DNA of 64,000 nt from Terriglobia bacterium (GCA_009841225.1 VXMF01000001.1:40937-104936), one strand, 5' to 3'; counted from the stretch's first letter, positions 18,974 through 31,010 are shown. The notes: generated from the letters alone by a model not told the origin. Made by a program: numbers and translations.

Positions 18974-19983
18974 GGCCTCGCCCTTGACGGCCGGTAGGTG
19001 CCGATTTCGATGACCGGGTCGGGCCCCGTTCCGGGTGGCGTGTCAATCACCTGCACGACCTTCCGGTCGGGCACCGACACGATCCAGATCTGATCTTCGT
19101 CCTGCACGCCCGCGAACGCATGGCGGTCGTCCTTGGACAGCGAGATGGAGAGTGGCGCGCCACCCAATGGGATCTGCGCAAGTTCCGTCAGCGTGTGCGG
19201 ATCAGCGATTCCGACCGCCTCGCCGGTCTGGAGGGAGTACACCAAGAGGTCCTCGTCGTCCGTGGCAACGATGCGATTCGCGCCCGGCCCCGTGGGGATC
19301 GAGCCGATCACGGACTTGGAGGCCGTATCGATTACGTCGATGCGACTCTCATCCCGGCAGGTCACCCACAATTTCGTGCCATCGCGGGACAGCAGGCTGC
19401 CCTGGGGCCCCTTGCCCACCTCGATCAGGTGAAGTTCGCCGCTCGCGGCGTGCACGGCCCCCACGGTACCGCTAGCCGTGTTGGAGACGTATCCCCAGCC
19501 GTCCAAGCCAAACGTGACCATGTGGGGGTCCACGCCGCCGTTGTCAAAGTCCTTGATGACAGCCCGCGCGTCGAGGTCGACCAGCACGAGCCGGTCCGGG
19601 TTTTCCGCGGTCACGAATGCCCGGCTTGAGCCCGCATCGAGCCCGATGCCGTGCGGGCGATGGAACTTGCCCAGCGGCAGGACGCCCACGCGCCTGCGCA
19701 GCTGAAGATCAATGATGGATATGGTATTGCCCCCGGGGCCGTCATAGTCCATCCACAGCACACCGTTGTCGGACACGTAGGCAAAGCGCCCGTCGCGCGA
19801 CAGCGCCACCTCGTGCGGGGTCTCGCCCACCAGCACTCCCGCGACGCGCTGGCCCGCCGAAGTGTAGAAGCCTACGGAGTTGTTCTTCTTTTCGACGACG
19901 AGCAGGTCCGGGCGCTCGGCAGCTGCCGGGGCAGCCGCAGAAAGCGAAGACAGGATGGTTGGCGCAGTGGATTTCATGGGCAT
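18970..19983 (-). CDS. YncE/YVTN-type beta-propeller repeat protein (lactonase-like)
   Basis: Repeated motifs of the type ...[19 protein letters not shown]..., ...[16 protein letters not shown]..., ...[16 protein letters not shown]..., ...[16 protein letters not shown].... 4-nt overlap with larB. Confidence 0.7.
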   Translation of the reverse strand: MPMKSTAPTILSSLSAAAPAAAERPDLLVVEKKNNSVGFYTSAGQRVAGVLVGETPHEVALSRDGRFAYVSDNGVLWMDYDGPGGNTISIIDLQLRRRVGVLPLGKFHRPHGIGLDAGSSRAFVTAENPDRLVLVDLDARAVIKDFDNGGVDPHMVTFGLDGWGYVSNTASGTVGAVHAASGELHLIEVGKGPQGSLLSRDGTKLWVTCRDESRIDVIDTASKSVIGSIPTGPGANRIVATDDEDLLVYSLQTGEAVGIADPHTLTELAQIPLGGAPLSISLSKDDRHAFAGVQDEDQIWIVSVPDRKVVQVIDTPPGTGPDPVIEIGTYRPSRARP

Positions 19984-20037
19984 CTACAGCCGCGCGTCGG
20001 TTGTAATCCGCGAGCCATTGATTGTACCGTGGAGACC

Positions 20038-20547
20038 ATGGCCCAAAGTCTGAACAAAGTCATGCTCATCGGCAACCTCGGCAAGGATGCCGAGAGTAGG
20101 CAAACCCCCAGCGGCACGACAGTAACCAATTTCAGCCTTGCCACGACGGCTCGCATCAAGGATGCAGCTACCGGTGATTGGAAGGACAAGACCGATTGGC
20201 ACGATGTCGTTCTGTGGCGGGGCGAACGCGTCGCCCAGTACCTCAAGAAGGGCCGCAAGGTTTTTGTCGAAGGGCGTTTGCAGACCCGCTCCTACGAGGA
20301 TCGCAACGGCGAGAAGCGCTACCGCACCGAGGTGGTCTGCGATAACTTCGGCTTGATGCTGCTCGGTGACCGTGGCGGTTCAGGCGAGGAAGGCGGTGGC
20401 GGCTATCGCCAAGGCGGGCAAAGCGGCGGCTACGGCCGAAGCAGTTCGGGCGATGCCCCTGGCGGAGGTATGGGACAGCCGGCGCCATCGCACGAGCCGG
20501 CCAGCTCGCCTGAACCGTCGCAGGATGACGACGACATCCCGTTCTAG
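20038..20547 (+). CDS. ssb: single-stranded DNA-binding protein
   Basis: MAQSLNKVMLIGNLGKDAESRQTPSG OB-fold N-terminus, Gly-rich linker and canonical acidic tail DDDIPF. The track extension 19651..20037 is antisense to the beta-propeller gene and is rejected. Confidence 0.95.
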   Translation: MAQSLNKVMLIGNLGKDAESRQTPSGTTVTNFSLATTARIKDAATGDWKDKTDWHDVVLWRGERVAQYLKKGRKVFVEGRLQTRSYEDRNGEKRYRTEVVCDNFGLMLLGDRGGSGEEGGGGYRQGGQSGGYGRSSSGDAPGGGMGQPAPSHEPASSPEPSQDDDDIPF

Positions 20548-20555
20548 GATCGAGC

Positions 20556-22472
<1,917 letters not shown>

Positions 22473-22537
22473 TTGATTGAATCCTTGTCTGCTGCGTCGC
22501 CGCTCATTACGTTAGACGCATCGAACGGCGGTTTCGG

Positions 22538-23932
22538 CTACCGGCCTGCCTCGTCAGCCCCGAGCTCTTCCACGACCAGCGCCCGCCGGCTCGTCGGCCG
22601 CACCGCGAATTCGCCCGCGGGGCCAAAGACCCGCGCCCAGACGATACGACTCCCGCCGGCTTCGTCCGAAGCGACGACAGGCCAGCCCGCCCGGTTCCAC
22701 GCGCTGATCCGGTTCTGCTGAAACAGATCCTTGATCTTTTTCGGCGAGTCCAGACCGGCCGGCTTGTAGCGGTCTCCGTCGCGCCAGCTTCGGAGCCGTA
22801 ACGACTTCGGGACACGATCCCAGTCAAGCAATACAATTGCATCCTTATCGTACAGCATTGCTGCGGAAGCAGTTTCCAACACCCGGGTGCTGATGACACA
22901 TCGATCTACGCCGGGCAGCGGCACCTGGCCAGGCACGGGTAGCGGCAGATCATAGGCCGTGGGTTCCGCGGCGCCTTGGCGGCGCAGCCGAACCTGGCCG
23001 AACGATCGCTCGGCGCGCACGCCGGGAAGTTCAACGACGCCGCTTCCGGAATTGGCGAGCACGAGGGCGCGCAGGGACTCGACATGCTCGAAGCCCAACT
23101 CGCCGCAGCCGAGTGCAGGGTCTCTCAGCGCCGCCAGCAGCACGCGACGCTGCTCAGCCACGCAAAGCGCTTGCAGCGCTTGGAGATCCAAGATGGTCTC
23201 CGCCGAGCCGTGCACGACACAGCGCTCGCTCAGCTCCGCAATCCGGCGGTTCCAGAAGCGCTCTTCTTCCACCGCCCAATCGGCGGTGTGCGCCAAGGCC
23301 GAATCGAGGTTTGAATTCCACTCTTGGCGCAGTTGCGGTAGCAGTCCGTGGCGCAGCCGATTGCGGGCAAAACGCGGGTCGGAGTTGGAGGCGTCTTCCC
23401 GCCAATCCAGACCGCTTCGCTCGAGATACTCCAGCACTTCGTCGCGCGTCACATCCAGCATCGGCCTGAAAATACGCTCGCCGGAGACGGGCCAAACGCC
23501 GCTCAGTCCGCCGCCACACGCGCCACGCAAGAGTCGGAATAGCACGGTCTCGGCTTGATCGGACTGTGTGTGACCGGTCGCGATTTCCGAACAGGATCCG
23601 TCCGCGAGGAGTTCTTCAAAGAATCGGTAGCGGGCACGCCGGCCGGCGCGCTCGAGGTTTCCACCACTCAAAGCCACATCCTCTCGGCGCACAAAGTGCT
23701 CGCAGCCCAGCTCAGCCGCGAGTTTCCGCACGAACGCCTCGTCCGCGTCCGCGTCGGCACTGCGCAGGCAGTGGTTCAGGTGCACCGCTGCGACCGTCCG
23801 TTCGGGAAATAGAGTACGCAGCGCGTGGAGGAGTGCAACCGAGTCAGCACCTCCAGAAACTGCGGCGCCGATTACCCCGCCGCCAGTGAACATCCGCTCC
23901 CGGGCGATACGCTTGCGCAGCTTTGCAAGCAC
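22538..23932 (-). CDS. tilS: tRNA(Ile)-lysidine synthase TilS
   Basis: PP-loop SGGADSVALLH. Conserved position immediately upstream of ftsH. Confidence 0.9.
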   Translation of the reverse strand: MLAKLRKRIARERMFTGGGVIGAAVSGGADSVALLHALRTLFPERTVAAVHLNHCLRSADADADEAFVRKLAAELGCEHFVRREDVALSGGNLERAGRRARYRFFEELLADGSCSEIATGHTQSDQAETVLFRLLRGACGGGLSGVWPVSGERIFRPMLDVTRDEVLEYLERSGLDWREDASNSDPRFARNRLRHGLLPQLRQEWNSNLDSALAHTADWAVEEERFWNRRIAELSERCVVHGSAETILDLQALQALCVAEQRRVLLAALRDPALGCGELGFEHVESLRALVLANSGSGVVELPGVRAERSFGQVRLRRQGAAEPTAYDLPLPVPGQVPLPGVDRCVISTRVLETASAAMLYDKDAIVLLDWDRVPKSLRLRSWRDGDRYKPAGLDSPKKIKDLFQQNRISAWNRAGWPVVASDEAGGSRIVWARVFGPAGEFAVRPTSRRALVVEELGADEAGR

Positions 23933-24115
23933 ACACTCACTGTAGACGACCGTCGCTCAGACGCCGCCGTCGCGGCTTGACCCTGGGATTCACGCCTCGC
24001 CCCGACGTTGCGGTCCTGAGAGAGATCGATTACGGGAAAGCTGTATGTGGCAGAGTCTGCCGTCGACTTGCACCGTCTCCGCCCATGCAGTGCGTAGGCC
24101 GGTTTATCCTCTGAA

Positions 24116-25939
24116 GTGATGGTTGCGATTGTTGCCCTAGCCCTGGCGGCGGCTGCGGCCCTGCCCGCCCAGAACATCGAGGCGTGCGAATCTGTTCCGG
24201 TCTACGATCCGTGCGAGATCGTCGTCGAGCTCGGCGCAAGCGATGCCGCCGAGCACTCGACGCCGGTCACCGATGTCGAGCTGCGCGCCGAGTACCGTTC
24301 TCCGAAGGGCGGCCGAACCAAGGTCATGTCCGCCTTCTGGGACGGCGGCCACAGGTTCGTGCTGCGGTTCTCGCCCGACTTCGAAGGCCGCTGGGACTAC
24401 CGCCTCATCTCGAATGTCGCGAATCTGGACAGGCGGACCGGCAGCTTCGAGGCTGAGCCGGCGACGACACCCGGCTTCATCGAGGTGTTCAACACCCGCT
24501 ACTTCAGGCACCCCCTCACGAACACGCCCCATTTCTGGCTCGGCGACAGCCTGCTGGGGCTGGCGGCAATGCCCTGGCCGGAATTCGAGGCCACCGCCGA
24601 GAGGCGTTCCGAGCAGGGCTTCACGCACGTCCGGGCGCTAGCTGTTCCCCCGCTCAGCGCGAGCCGCAAGGCGTTCAGCGCGTCCGGCGAACCAGACATC
24701 GAGCACTTCCGCGCACTCGACCGCCGCGTCGAGCACTTGCACAGGCTCGGCATCGTCACCGATCTCGTGCTGGGCAATTCCGGCGACGAACTCGACGAGC
24801 TGTTCCCGCGCTTGCGAGAAAAGGACCGCTACATCCGGTACCTATGCGCCCGCTACGCGGCCTATAGCGTGACTTGGCAAATCCTGCTGGAGTGGGAAAG
24901 CCACGAGGCGGCCGGCAAGCTGCTCAAGCAGCTCGCCAGCTCGCTCCGCAAACACGACCCCTACGCCCATCCGATGTCTACCGGGGCGACAGTCACCTCG
25001 GCACCGCTTGCCGAGGACGGCTGGCAGGACTACTTCGTCCAGAATCGGGTCGATCCCGCCTTGGCCGCGATCGAGTACGAGCTTAACCGCGCTCCGTTTG
25101 TCAACACGGGAATCGGCCTCGGAGCCGGCCCCGCAGCCGCCCGCCGCCAAGCCTGGAACGCCGCGGTGCGCGGCCACTACGTGACCCTCAGCGCCGAAGA
25201 CACATCGATGGAATCGCCGTTCGCCGAACAGATGGTGCCGCTGAAACAGTTCTTCTCGCAGTCGCGCTACTACGACCTCCAGCCGCACTATCGGATCGTG
25301 GGCGGAGCCGCGCTGGCCCTGCATCGGGTACCGCGGTACTCGGAGCGAACCGTGGGGATCGAACACGTCGTCTACGCCGAAGAGCCCGGACTGATCGAGC
25401 TGGTCATGCCAAAGCAAGAGTATTCGGTCAGCTGGTACAACCCGGCAAACGGGGCATGGTTCGATCAGAAGAAAAAGTTCAAGGGCGACCGCTACCGTTC
25501 GCGCACGCCCGACGACAAGCACGACTGGGTGCTCTACATTCGGCGCGAAGGCAAGAAACAGGACTACAACAAATCGTTCATCCTCGAATCGAAGCCTCCG
25601 CGATTTCGCGAAGTGGAGTACTCGCCCTCGGAATTGCCGTTCGAGATCCAATTGCCCGAAGGCAACGAGCTGCAAGCGGGCCGCGCACACGAGTTCAACG
25701 CGACACTGCTCAAGAACACCATCGCGGCCAAGCGCACCGTTTGGCTGTGGATGGCCGAGGCAGCAGGCTCGGCACGCGGCGCGCGAGTGCTCGGCACGAC
25801 CCAGTCGGGCAGCTTCAACATTCCCGCCGAACTCGCGCAGTCCTACCCCACGACTCTGTCGGTTAGGGCGATCGGACTGGACGGCGCGGGTCGGCTGTTC
25901 GAAGCATTCCGGACCTACTCCCTGTTGGCCCCGGAGTGA
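24116..25939 (+). CDS. DUF5060 + DUF4038 (GH140/GH5-like) putative glycoside hydrolase, exported
   Basis: Signal MMVAIVALALAAAAALPAQ. DUF5060-like segment VELRAEYRSPKGGRTKVMSAFWDGGHRFVLRFSPDFEGRWDY. DUF4038-like segment GFIEV...RYFRH..TPHFWLGDS. Family call is from memory. Confidence 0.6.
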   Translation: MMVAIVALALAAAAALPAQNIEACESVPVYDPCEIVVELGASDAAEHSTPVTDVELRAEYRSPKGGRTKVMSAFWDGGHRFVLRFSPDFEGRWDYRLISNVANLDRRTGSFEAEPATTPGFIEVFNTRYFRHPLTNTPHFWLGDSLLGLAAMPWPEFEATAERRSEQGFTHVRALAVPPLSASRKAFSASGEPDIEHFRALDRRVEHLHRLGIVTDLVLGNSGDELDELFPRLREKDRYIRYLCARYAAYSVTWQILLEWESHEAAGKLLKQLASSLRKHDPYAHPMSTGATVTSAPLAEDGWQDYFVQNRVDPALAAIEYELNRAPFVNTGIGLGAGPAAARRQAWNAAVRGHYVTLSAEDTSMESPFAEQMVPLKQFFSQSRYYDLQPHYRIVGGAALALHRVPRYSERTVGIEHVVYAEEPGLIELVMPKQEYSVSWYNPANGAWFDQKKKFKGDRYRSRTPDDKHDWVLYIRREGKKQDYNKSFILESKPPRFREVEYSPSELPFEIQLPEGNELQAGRAHEFNATLLKNTIAAKRTVWLWMAEAAGSARGARVLGTTQSGSFNIPAELAQSYPTTLSVRAIGLDGAGRLFEAFRTYSLLAPE

Positions 25940-25943
25940 GGCA

Positions 25944-27590
25944 GTGAGAACGGACGGCACAGCGGCGGCACGCGCTCCCGGCGGAACCTCGCCGCGTCGC
26001 CGCGATCTCCTGCTACTCGCCGCGAGCGCGGCCCTGCAAGGTTGCGCTGAGCGTCGCCCGCGACCATCGGCGCAGCGCAGCGCCGACTTTGAGCCGATGC
26101 GGGCCTCGGTCGCGGATCTGCGCGCCGGGCTCGTTTCCGGGCGGTGGACCACGCGTTCGATTTGCGAGGCACTGCTAGATCGAATCGAGGCCATCGACGC
26201 GACCGGGCCGAGCCTCAACTCGGTCATCGAGGTCAATCCGGCGGCGTTCGAGGAGGCCGACCGCCTCGATGCCGAGCGACGCGCCGGAGAATTGCGCGGG
26301 CCGCTGCACGGCATCCCGGTCATGCTGAAGGACAACATTGACACAGCGGACGGCATGCAGACCACAGCCGGTTCGCTGGCCTTGGTCGATTCAGGCGTCG
26401 CGCGAGACTCAGCAGTGGCCTCCAACCTGCGTGCCGCCGGCGCGCTGCTCATCGCCAAGACCAACCTGAGCGAGTGGGCCAACTTTCGCTCCAGGCGGTC
26501 CACTAGCGGCTGGAGCGCGCGCGGGGGGCTGACGCGCAACCCGTACTTTTTGGACCGCAATCCCTGCGGATCGAGCTCGGGCTCGGCGGTGGCCGTCTCG
26601 GCGGGCCTCGCGCCGCTTGCGGTCGGCACCGAGACCAACGGTTCGATCGTCTGCCCTTCTTCCGTCGACGGCATCGTGGGGATCAAGCCGACGGTCGGCT
26701 TGGTCAGCCGGACTGGGATCGTCCCCATCTCGCACACCCAAGACACGGCGGGGCCGATGGCTCGCACGGTGGCCGACGCGGCCGAGCTGCTTGGCGCGCT
26801 GGCCGGCACGGATCCGCTTGATGCGGCCACGCGCTCCAGCGCGGGGAGGGCGCCGGGGAGCTATACAGAATTCCTCAACGCGGACGCGCTGCGCGGCGCT
26901 CGCATCGGATTGTTGCGAGAGTATTGGGGCCGGCACGGCGCTATCGACAGGATCCTGGACGAGGCCGCTGCCGCGATGCGAAGTAGCGGGGCGGAGTTGG
27001 TCGACGTCGGCGAATTGCCCGGCATCGACGAGACGAATCGTCCTGGCTTCGAGCTGATGCTGTATGAATTCAAGGCCGGCCTGAACGACTACCTATCCCA
27101 ACTCTCGGCTGATGCGAAAGTCCGCACGCTCGCAGATGTGATTCGCTTCAACCGGCAGCACGAGGCTGAGGAGATGCCCTACTTCGGCCAGAATATCCTC
27201 GAGTCCGCCGAAGAAAGAGGGCCGCTGACGGACGGGGCTTACCTTGATGCCATTGCATCAAGCCGCGACAGATGCAGGGGCTCGATCGACGCGACGATGG
27301 CCGACTTAGAGCTTGACGCGCTGTTCGCTCCGACGACTGGGCCGGCCTGGGTCACCGACCTTGTGCACGGCGACCGATCCTCGTTTCCCAGCTGCTCTTC
27401 GGCCGCCGCGCGGGCAGGATATCCGCATATCACGGTTCCGGGCGGTCTCGTACACGGCTTGCCAGTCGGCGTGTCGTTCTTCGGGGCAGCTTGGTCCGAG
27501 CCGAAGTTGATCGGCCTCGCGCACTCGTTTGAACAGTCCACGCGGCACCGTCAGGCGCCGCGCATGCGGCCGGGAACGGGGCCAGCTTAG
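25944..27590 (+). CDS. amidase (amidase-signature family), Tat/lipoprotein-like signal
   Basis: AS-family motif GGSSSGSAVAV-like (CGSSSGSAVAVSAG) and GTETNGSIVCPS. N-terminal SPRRRDLLLLAASAALQGC. Confidence 0.88.
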   Translation: MRTDGTAAARAPGGTSPRRRDLLLLAASAALQGCAERRPRPSAQRSADFEPMRASVADLRAGLVSGRWTTRSICEALLDRIEAIDATGPSLNSVIEVNPAAFEEADRLDAERRAGELRGPLHGIPVMLKDNIDTADGMQTTAGSLALVDSGVARDSAVASNLRAAGALLIAKTNLSEWANFRSRRSTSGWSARGGLTRNPYFLDRNPCGSSSGSAVAVSAGLAPLAVGTETNGSIVCPSSVDGIVGIKPTVGLVSRTGIVPISHTQDTAGPMARTVADAAELLGALAGTDPLDAATRSSAGRAPGSYTEFLNADALRGARIGLLREYWGRHGAIDRILDEAAAAMRSSGAELVDVGELPGIDETNRPGFELMLYEFKAGLNDYLSQLSADAKVRTLADVIRFNRQHEAEEMPYFGQNILESAEERGPLTDGAYLDAIASSRDRCRGSIDATMADLELDALFAPTTGPAWVTDLVHGDRSSFPSCSSAAARAGYPHITVPGGLVHGLPVGVSFFGAAWSEPKLIGLAHSFEQSTRHRQAPRMRPGTGPA

Positions 27591-30427
27591 TCCGTCGTTA
27601 CCCAGATCGGAGAGGACCACGCGACATTACCGTCGTTCTGCTCCACCCTGACGTAGTAGTAGTCCTCGCCCGGTGTCTTGCCCGCGTCCTCGTAGCTGAA
27701 CTCGAAGTCCTGCGGGAGTTTCTGGCGCGTGTACAGGAACTCCTGATTCTTGATGATGTCGATCTGACGGATCGGCGAAGTGCCCAGGATGTTCACCGTC
27801 AGGCGGAATTCGCCATCGACCTTGACGATATCCCCTTGGAGGTATTCACCGCCATTCGCCTCCATGCGGTAGTCCAGCACGATGTTGTCGGTAGCGCCGT
27901 AGCTGTGGCGCTGCTTCATTGCATCGATAAGCCCCTCGCGTGTAAAGTCCTCAGCGATGGTGCATGCATACGAGTAGTGCGTCGACAGATGGTCCGACGC
28001 AGCTTGCACGCCCAGCTTGTAGCCCTTGGCCCAAGCGTTCCAGACATATCCCGCGGGCTCGAATCCGCCCGCCTGCGTGGTCGGCCGATTACGGTCCGCC
28101 GCCAGGGGGGCACCCTCGTACTCGGCGGACACCCGATCGCCCTGGAAAATCTCCACCAAGGGTTCGACCTCTGGATCGTTGTCACGCCAATCCGTTCCCA
28201 TACCCGTCGCCGAGGTGTGAGAAATCGCGATGCCGCCGTTTCTGCGCAAGTACTCGTAGAGGCGGCCAGCCCCGCTGGCGTGGCTGGACTCCTCGGGAAG
28301 AATGGGCAGTGTCGGCGTGCCGCGCTTGGGCAGCAGGATGTTCCGATGGCCGTCCGGGTACCGGACTGAGCGCTCGTAACCGTAGAAGGGCTGGAAGGTT
28401 CCGCTGACCGAAAACAGGTCGACGGCCTGCTGCAACACCCAGTTGATGTACGGGTTGTCCGGCCCGCCCTGGAAATTGTGCTCGCTGACCAGCAGGTAGT
28501 CCAGGCTGGCGGCATCGAGCGCGTAGCGATAGGTCTGGAACAGGGAGCCATCGTTGTTGCCATCCATCGAGAACTCCGTGTGCCGGTGGGTGTCGCCCCG
28601 GTAGATCTTGTAGGTCTTGCCCTCGGAACTGATCTGATAGCCGCGCAACCGCTTGAGGTCTTCCACCTCCGTGGGCACCACATTGTGGAACCGCACTACC
28701 CGATCAGGCCTGACCCTCAGATCAGGCGCAGCGGCCGTGCGTCCCAGCGATGGCAGCTTGGCGGCGAAGACGTCCGTGTGCTGGTACAGAAAGTCGTAGT
28801 AGTCACGGCCATCGGACTGCCACGCAGCGATCAAGTTTCCGGCACCGTCAGGAGCTACACCCCAGCGCACATCCTGCCGGCTGCCGCTGGACGGAAACTC
28901 GTACGGAGTGGTCCACTCGTCGCCATCTAGGGTGCTTGCCCAGATCTCCCACACAGCACGGTGCAAGGGAGTGTCGTCGGGCATGTCGCGCTGGCGGATC
29001 GTGCGATTGCGGTTGAACAACCAGATTCGCCCGTCATCATCCGCCACCAACTTCGGGAAGTCGTTGTGCCGACTGTCCATGTGAGACGGCAGAGAGGTAT
29101 TGATGTCGTCCGCCGGAACCTGCCATTCGATGCCGTCAAGCACCGCCACCCGGGTCTGCCGGTACTCGTAGAGCAGCGTGCCTTCAACCGGCAGCAGAAA
29201 GCCCGTGTCCTTGCCCCAGTTCAGGCCGCTTTCGTTCCAAGCCGCCCACAGGCGGTTCTGGCCGTCCACCGCCAGCGAGACGTGGGCCTCATACAGCGGG
29301 GTATCGGCTATGGGCACAGGGCTGGCGGCCCAGCGCTCGCCGTCCCAAGTGCGCAGCAGCACGTCATAGTTGCCCGAACCATAGCTATCCCACGCGATAT
29401 GGATCTCGTTATCTCGACCCGCCGCGACGACCGGCTCCCAGTCGTTGGCCTCAGACGCGGAAACTCGCTGGGCGGGCACCCACTGCCCGCCGACGTAGCG
29501 CTTGGCGAAGATATCAGACTGGCCGTCCCGGAAGCCCTGCCAAACCAACCAGATGTCGCCCCCCGTCGTGGTCGCCATATTTGGCAGCACGTCGGGCTGG
29601 GGGGCCTCGGTCAGACGCACAGTGGAACTCCACGAGCCCTCTTTGAGGGACCTGCCGTAGAGATCGAAGTTGCCATCGCGTTGCTCGGCCCAAACGAACC
29701 AAACGCTGCCATCGCCGGCGCGAGCGATCTGGACCATGTGGATATCGCCTGGAGACTCGGTGACGGTCTCGACCGGCCCCCATGCGCCGCCTTGGAACGT
29801 CCGTGTCAGCACTTCGTCGGCTCCGTCACGAAACGCCACCCACGCGGTGCGGGCAGAACCGTCGGCCCCTCCGAGCACCGCAGGATAGTCGTCTTCGGCC
29901 TCATGGCCAGTCAGCTTCTCCACGGTTGGAACCATGTCGACCACGGCGGAGCCGCCCAAGAATTCCAATGGCTCGCCCAGGCGCACGTCGCTCAGCGGGA
30001 ATGCAAAGTCCCCTTGCAGCGTGGCGATGCGGACTTCCGCACCGGAAGCGCCCCTGATGTCTAGCACCACGCCGGGCGTCCAGAAATATGTCTTGACGTG
30101 CAGATCGGGAATGTTCTCATAGGCGCGCCAGTTGTAGTTCACGCCCTTGTGTGTCGAAAACCGCCAGCTGCCAGCGGGATCGACTGAGTCTTCCGGCCTC
30201 GGGTGCCAGTCAGCGGCATGCAGCAATTCGCCGCCCGAGACCGAGGCCGAGCCGTCCCACTTGGTTTCGACAACATCCGAGATGCCGAAACGCACGCGCA
30301 CCGAGACGGTATCCTGGCCGGCTAGCGGCACAGCGGCGACAAGCACTGCAAGGAGCAACGAGAACTGGAAAACGCGGAGATTCGAAGCGGACATGACGGT
30401 CTTGATCCTCACAGCCAAACCCCGCAT
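27587..30427 (-). CDS. exported protein: N-terminal beta-propeller-like repeats + C-terminal PHP/DUF3604-like (CehA/McbA-type) metallohydrolase domain
   Basis: The C-terminal half has GDTHRHTEFSMDG, LLVSEHNF, IAISHTSATG and AASDHLSTHYS (His-rich metal-site motifs). The N-terminal half has repeated W-rich units (VWFVWAEQRDGNFDLY, IWLVWQGFRDGQSDIF, IHIAWDSYGSGNYDVL, LWAAWNESG). GGGAGG lies 10 nt upstream of ATG 30427; track ORF start is 30472. Confidence 0.6.
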   Translation of the reverse strand: MRGLAVRIKTVMSASNLRVFQFSLLLAVLVAAVPLAGQDTVSVRVRFGISDVVETKWDGSASVSGGELLHAADWHPRPEDSVDPAGSWRFSTHKGVNYNWRAYENIPDLHVKTYFWTPGVVLDIRGASGAEVRIATLQGDFAFPLSDVRLGEPLEFLGGSAVVDMVPTVEKLTGHEAEDDYPAVLGGADGSARTAWVAFRDGADEVLTRTFQGGAWGPVETVTESPGDIHMVQIARAGDGSVWFVWAEQRDGNFDLYGRSLKEGSWSSTVRLTEAPQPDVLPNMATTTGGDIWLVWQGFRDGQSDIFAKRYVGGQWVPAQRVSASEANDWEPVVAAGRDNEIHIAWDSYGSGNYDVLLRTWDGERWAASPVPIADTPLYEAHVSLAVDGQNRLWAAWNESGLNWGKDTGFLLPVEGTLLYEYRQTRVAVLDGIEWQVPADDINTSLPSHMDSRHNDFPKLVADDDGRIWLFNRNRTIRQRDMPDDTPLHRAVWEIWASTLDGDEWTTPYEFPSSGSRQDVRWGVAPDGAGNLIAAWQSDGRDYYDFLYQHTDVFAAKLPSLGRTAAAPDLRVRPDRVVRFHNVVPTEVEDLKRLRGYQISSEGKTYKIYRGDTHRHTEFSMDGNNDGSLFQTYRYALDAASLDYLLVSEHNFQGGPDNPYINWVLQQAVDLFSVSGTFQPFYGYERSVRYPDGHRNILLPKRGTPTLPILPEESSHASGAGRLYEYLRRNGGIAISHTSATGMGTDWRDNDPEVEPLVEIFQGDRVSAEYEGAPLAADRNRPTTQAGGFEPAGYVWNAWAKGYKLGVQAASDHLSTHYSYACTIAEDFTREGLIDAMKQRHSYGATDNIVLDYRMEANGGEYLQGDIVKVDGEFRLTVNILGTSPIRQIDIIKNQEFLYTRQKLPQDFEFSYEDAGKTPGEDYYYVRVEQNDGNVAWSSPIWVTTD

Positions 30428-30682
30428 TTTACCAAGGCCTCCCGTCCGAAGGTGCCCGGACTCCCGGTGCAAGGAGCTCGGCGAAACCCGCGATGCCGCA
30501 ATGCACGGGCGGGGCCCCAGAAGTGGCGAAAGGCGAAGATCCTTCCCACGCCGGGCGGCAAGCGCCGCTGCTAGCTAGGTCCGAAGCTGCTCGGCCGAGC
30601 GCAAGCTCGGATCATCGAGCTCAGCGGGTGGCGTCTGCGACAAACGTGGCCATCAGGCCTGACACATGATTCACGGGACGCC

Positions 30683-30711
30683 TTGACAATGTAGACGCAT
30701 GTAGCTACAAT
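30683..30711 (+). promoter_or_regulatory. near-consensus sigma70-type promoter of phd/vapC (TTGACA-17-TACAAT) with direct ATGTAG repeats in the spacer
   Basis: ttgaca atgtagacgcatgtagc tacaat read directly. The -10 ends 8 nt before ATG 30720, which implies a leaderless or nearly leaderless mRNA. ATGTAG-N4-ATGTAG in the spacer is a plausible antitoxin operator. Confidence 0.55.
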
Positions 30712-30719
30712 CGGATGCG

Positions 30720-31010
30720 ATGAAGACATCAGGTGTACGCGAGGTCAAGAACCGCCTGAGCGCCTATCTCCGCATGGTAGAGCAGGGCGAGCGCGTGGCG
30801 ATTACCCATCATGGACGGGTCGTGGCCGAATTGGGCCCCCCTGCGCACGCCACCGAGGAAGAAGCCAACGCCGGGCTGAGGCGTCGCGCTCTTGCCGGAT
30901 CGGTTCGCCTAGGTGCGGCGAACCGCCCGGACGTTTACCCCAGGCCCACCGGCCGGTTGCCGTCCCGGGTTGTACAGGATCTGCTCGACGAGACTAGGGG
31001 AGAAAGGTGA
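30720..31010 (+). CDS. type II antitoxin, Phd/YefM (prevent-host-death) family
   Basis: The N-terminus VREVKNRLSAYLRMVEQGERVAITHHGRVVAEL matches the Phd/YefM fold signature. 4-nt overlap with the downstream PIN gene. Confidence 0.85.
   Translation: MKTSGVREVKNRLSAYLRMVEQGERVAITHHGRVVAELGPPAHATEEEANAGLRRRALAGSVRLGAANRPDVYPRPTGRLPSRVVQDLLDETRGER

Noticed and set aside
24842-26830. Very long antisense or out-of-frame ORFs in the track: 24842..26830 (-, 662 aa), 14075..15808 (+, 577 aa), 21147..22721 (+, 524 aa), 36694..37854 (-, 386 aa), 57941..59089 (+, 382 aa), 10032..11147 (-, 371 aa), 48097..49206 (-, 369 aa), 34381..35379 (-, 332 aa), 2746..3732 (+, 328 aa).
   Set aside because: Each lies opposite or out of frame to a gene with clear catalytic or family motifs. 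Their translations are R/A/G/P-rich with no recognisable motif, which is the expected stop-codon-poor artefact of a GC-rich genome.
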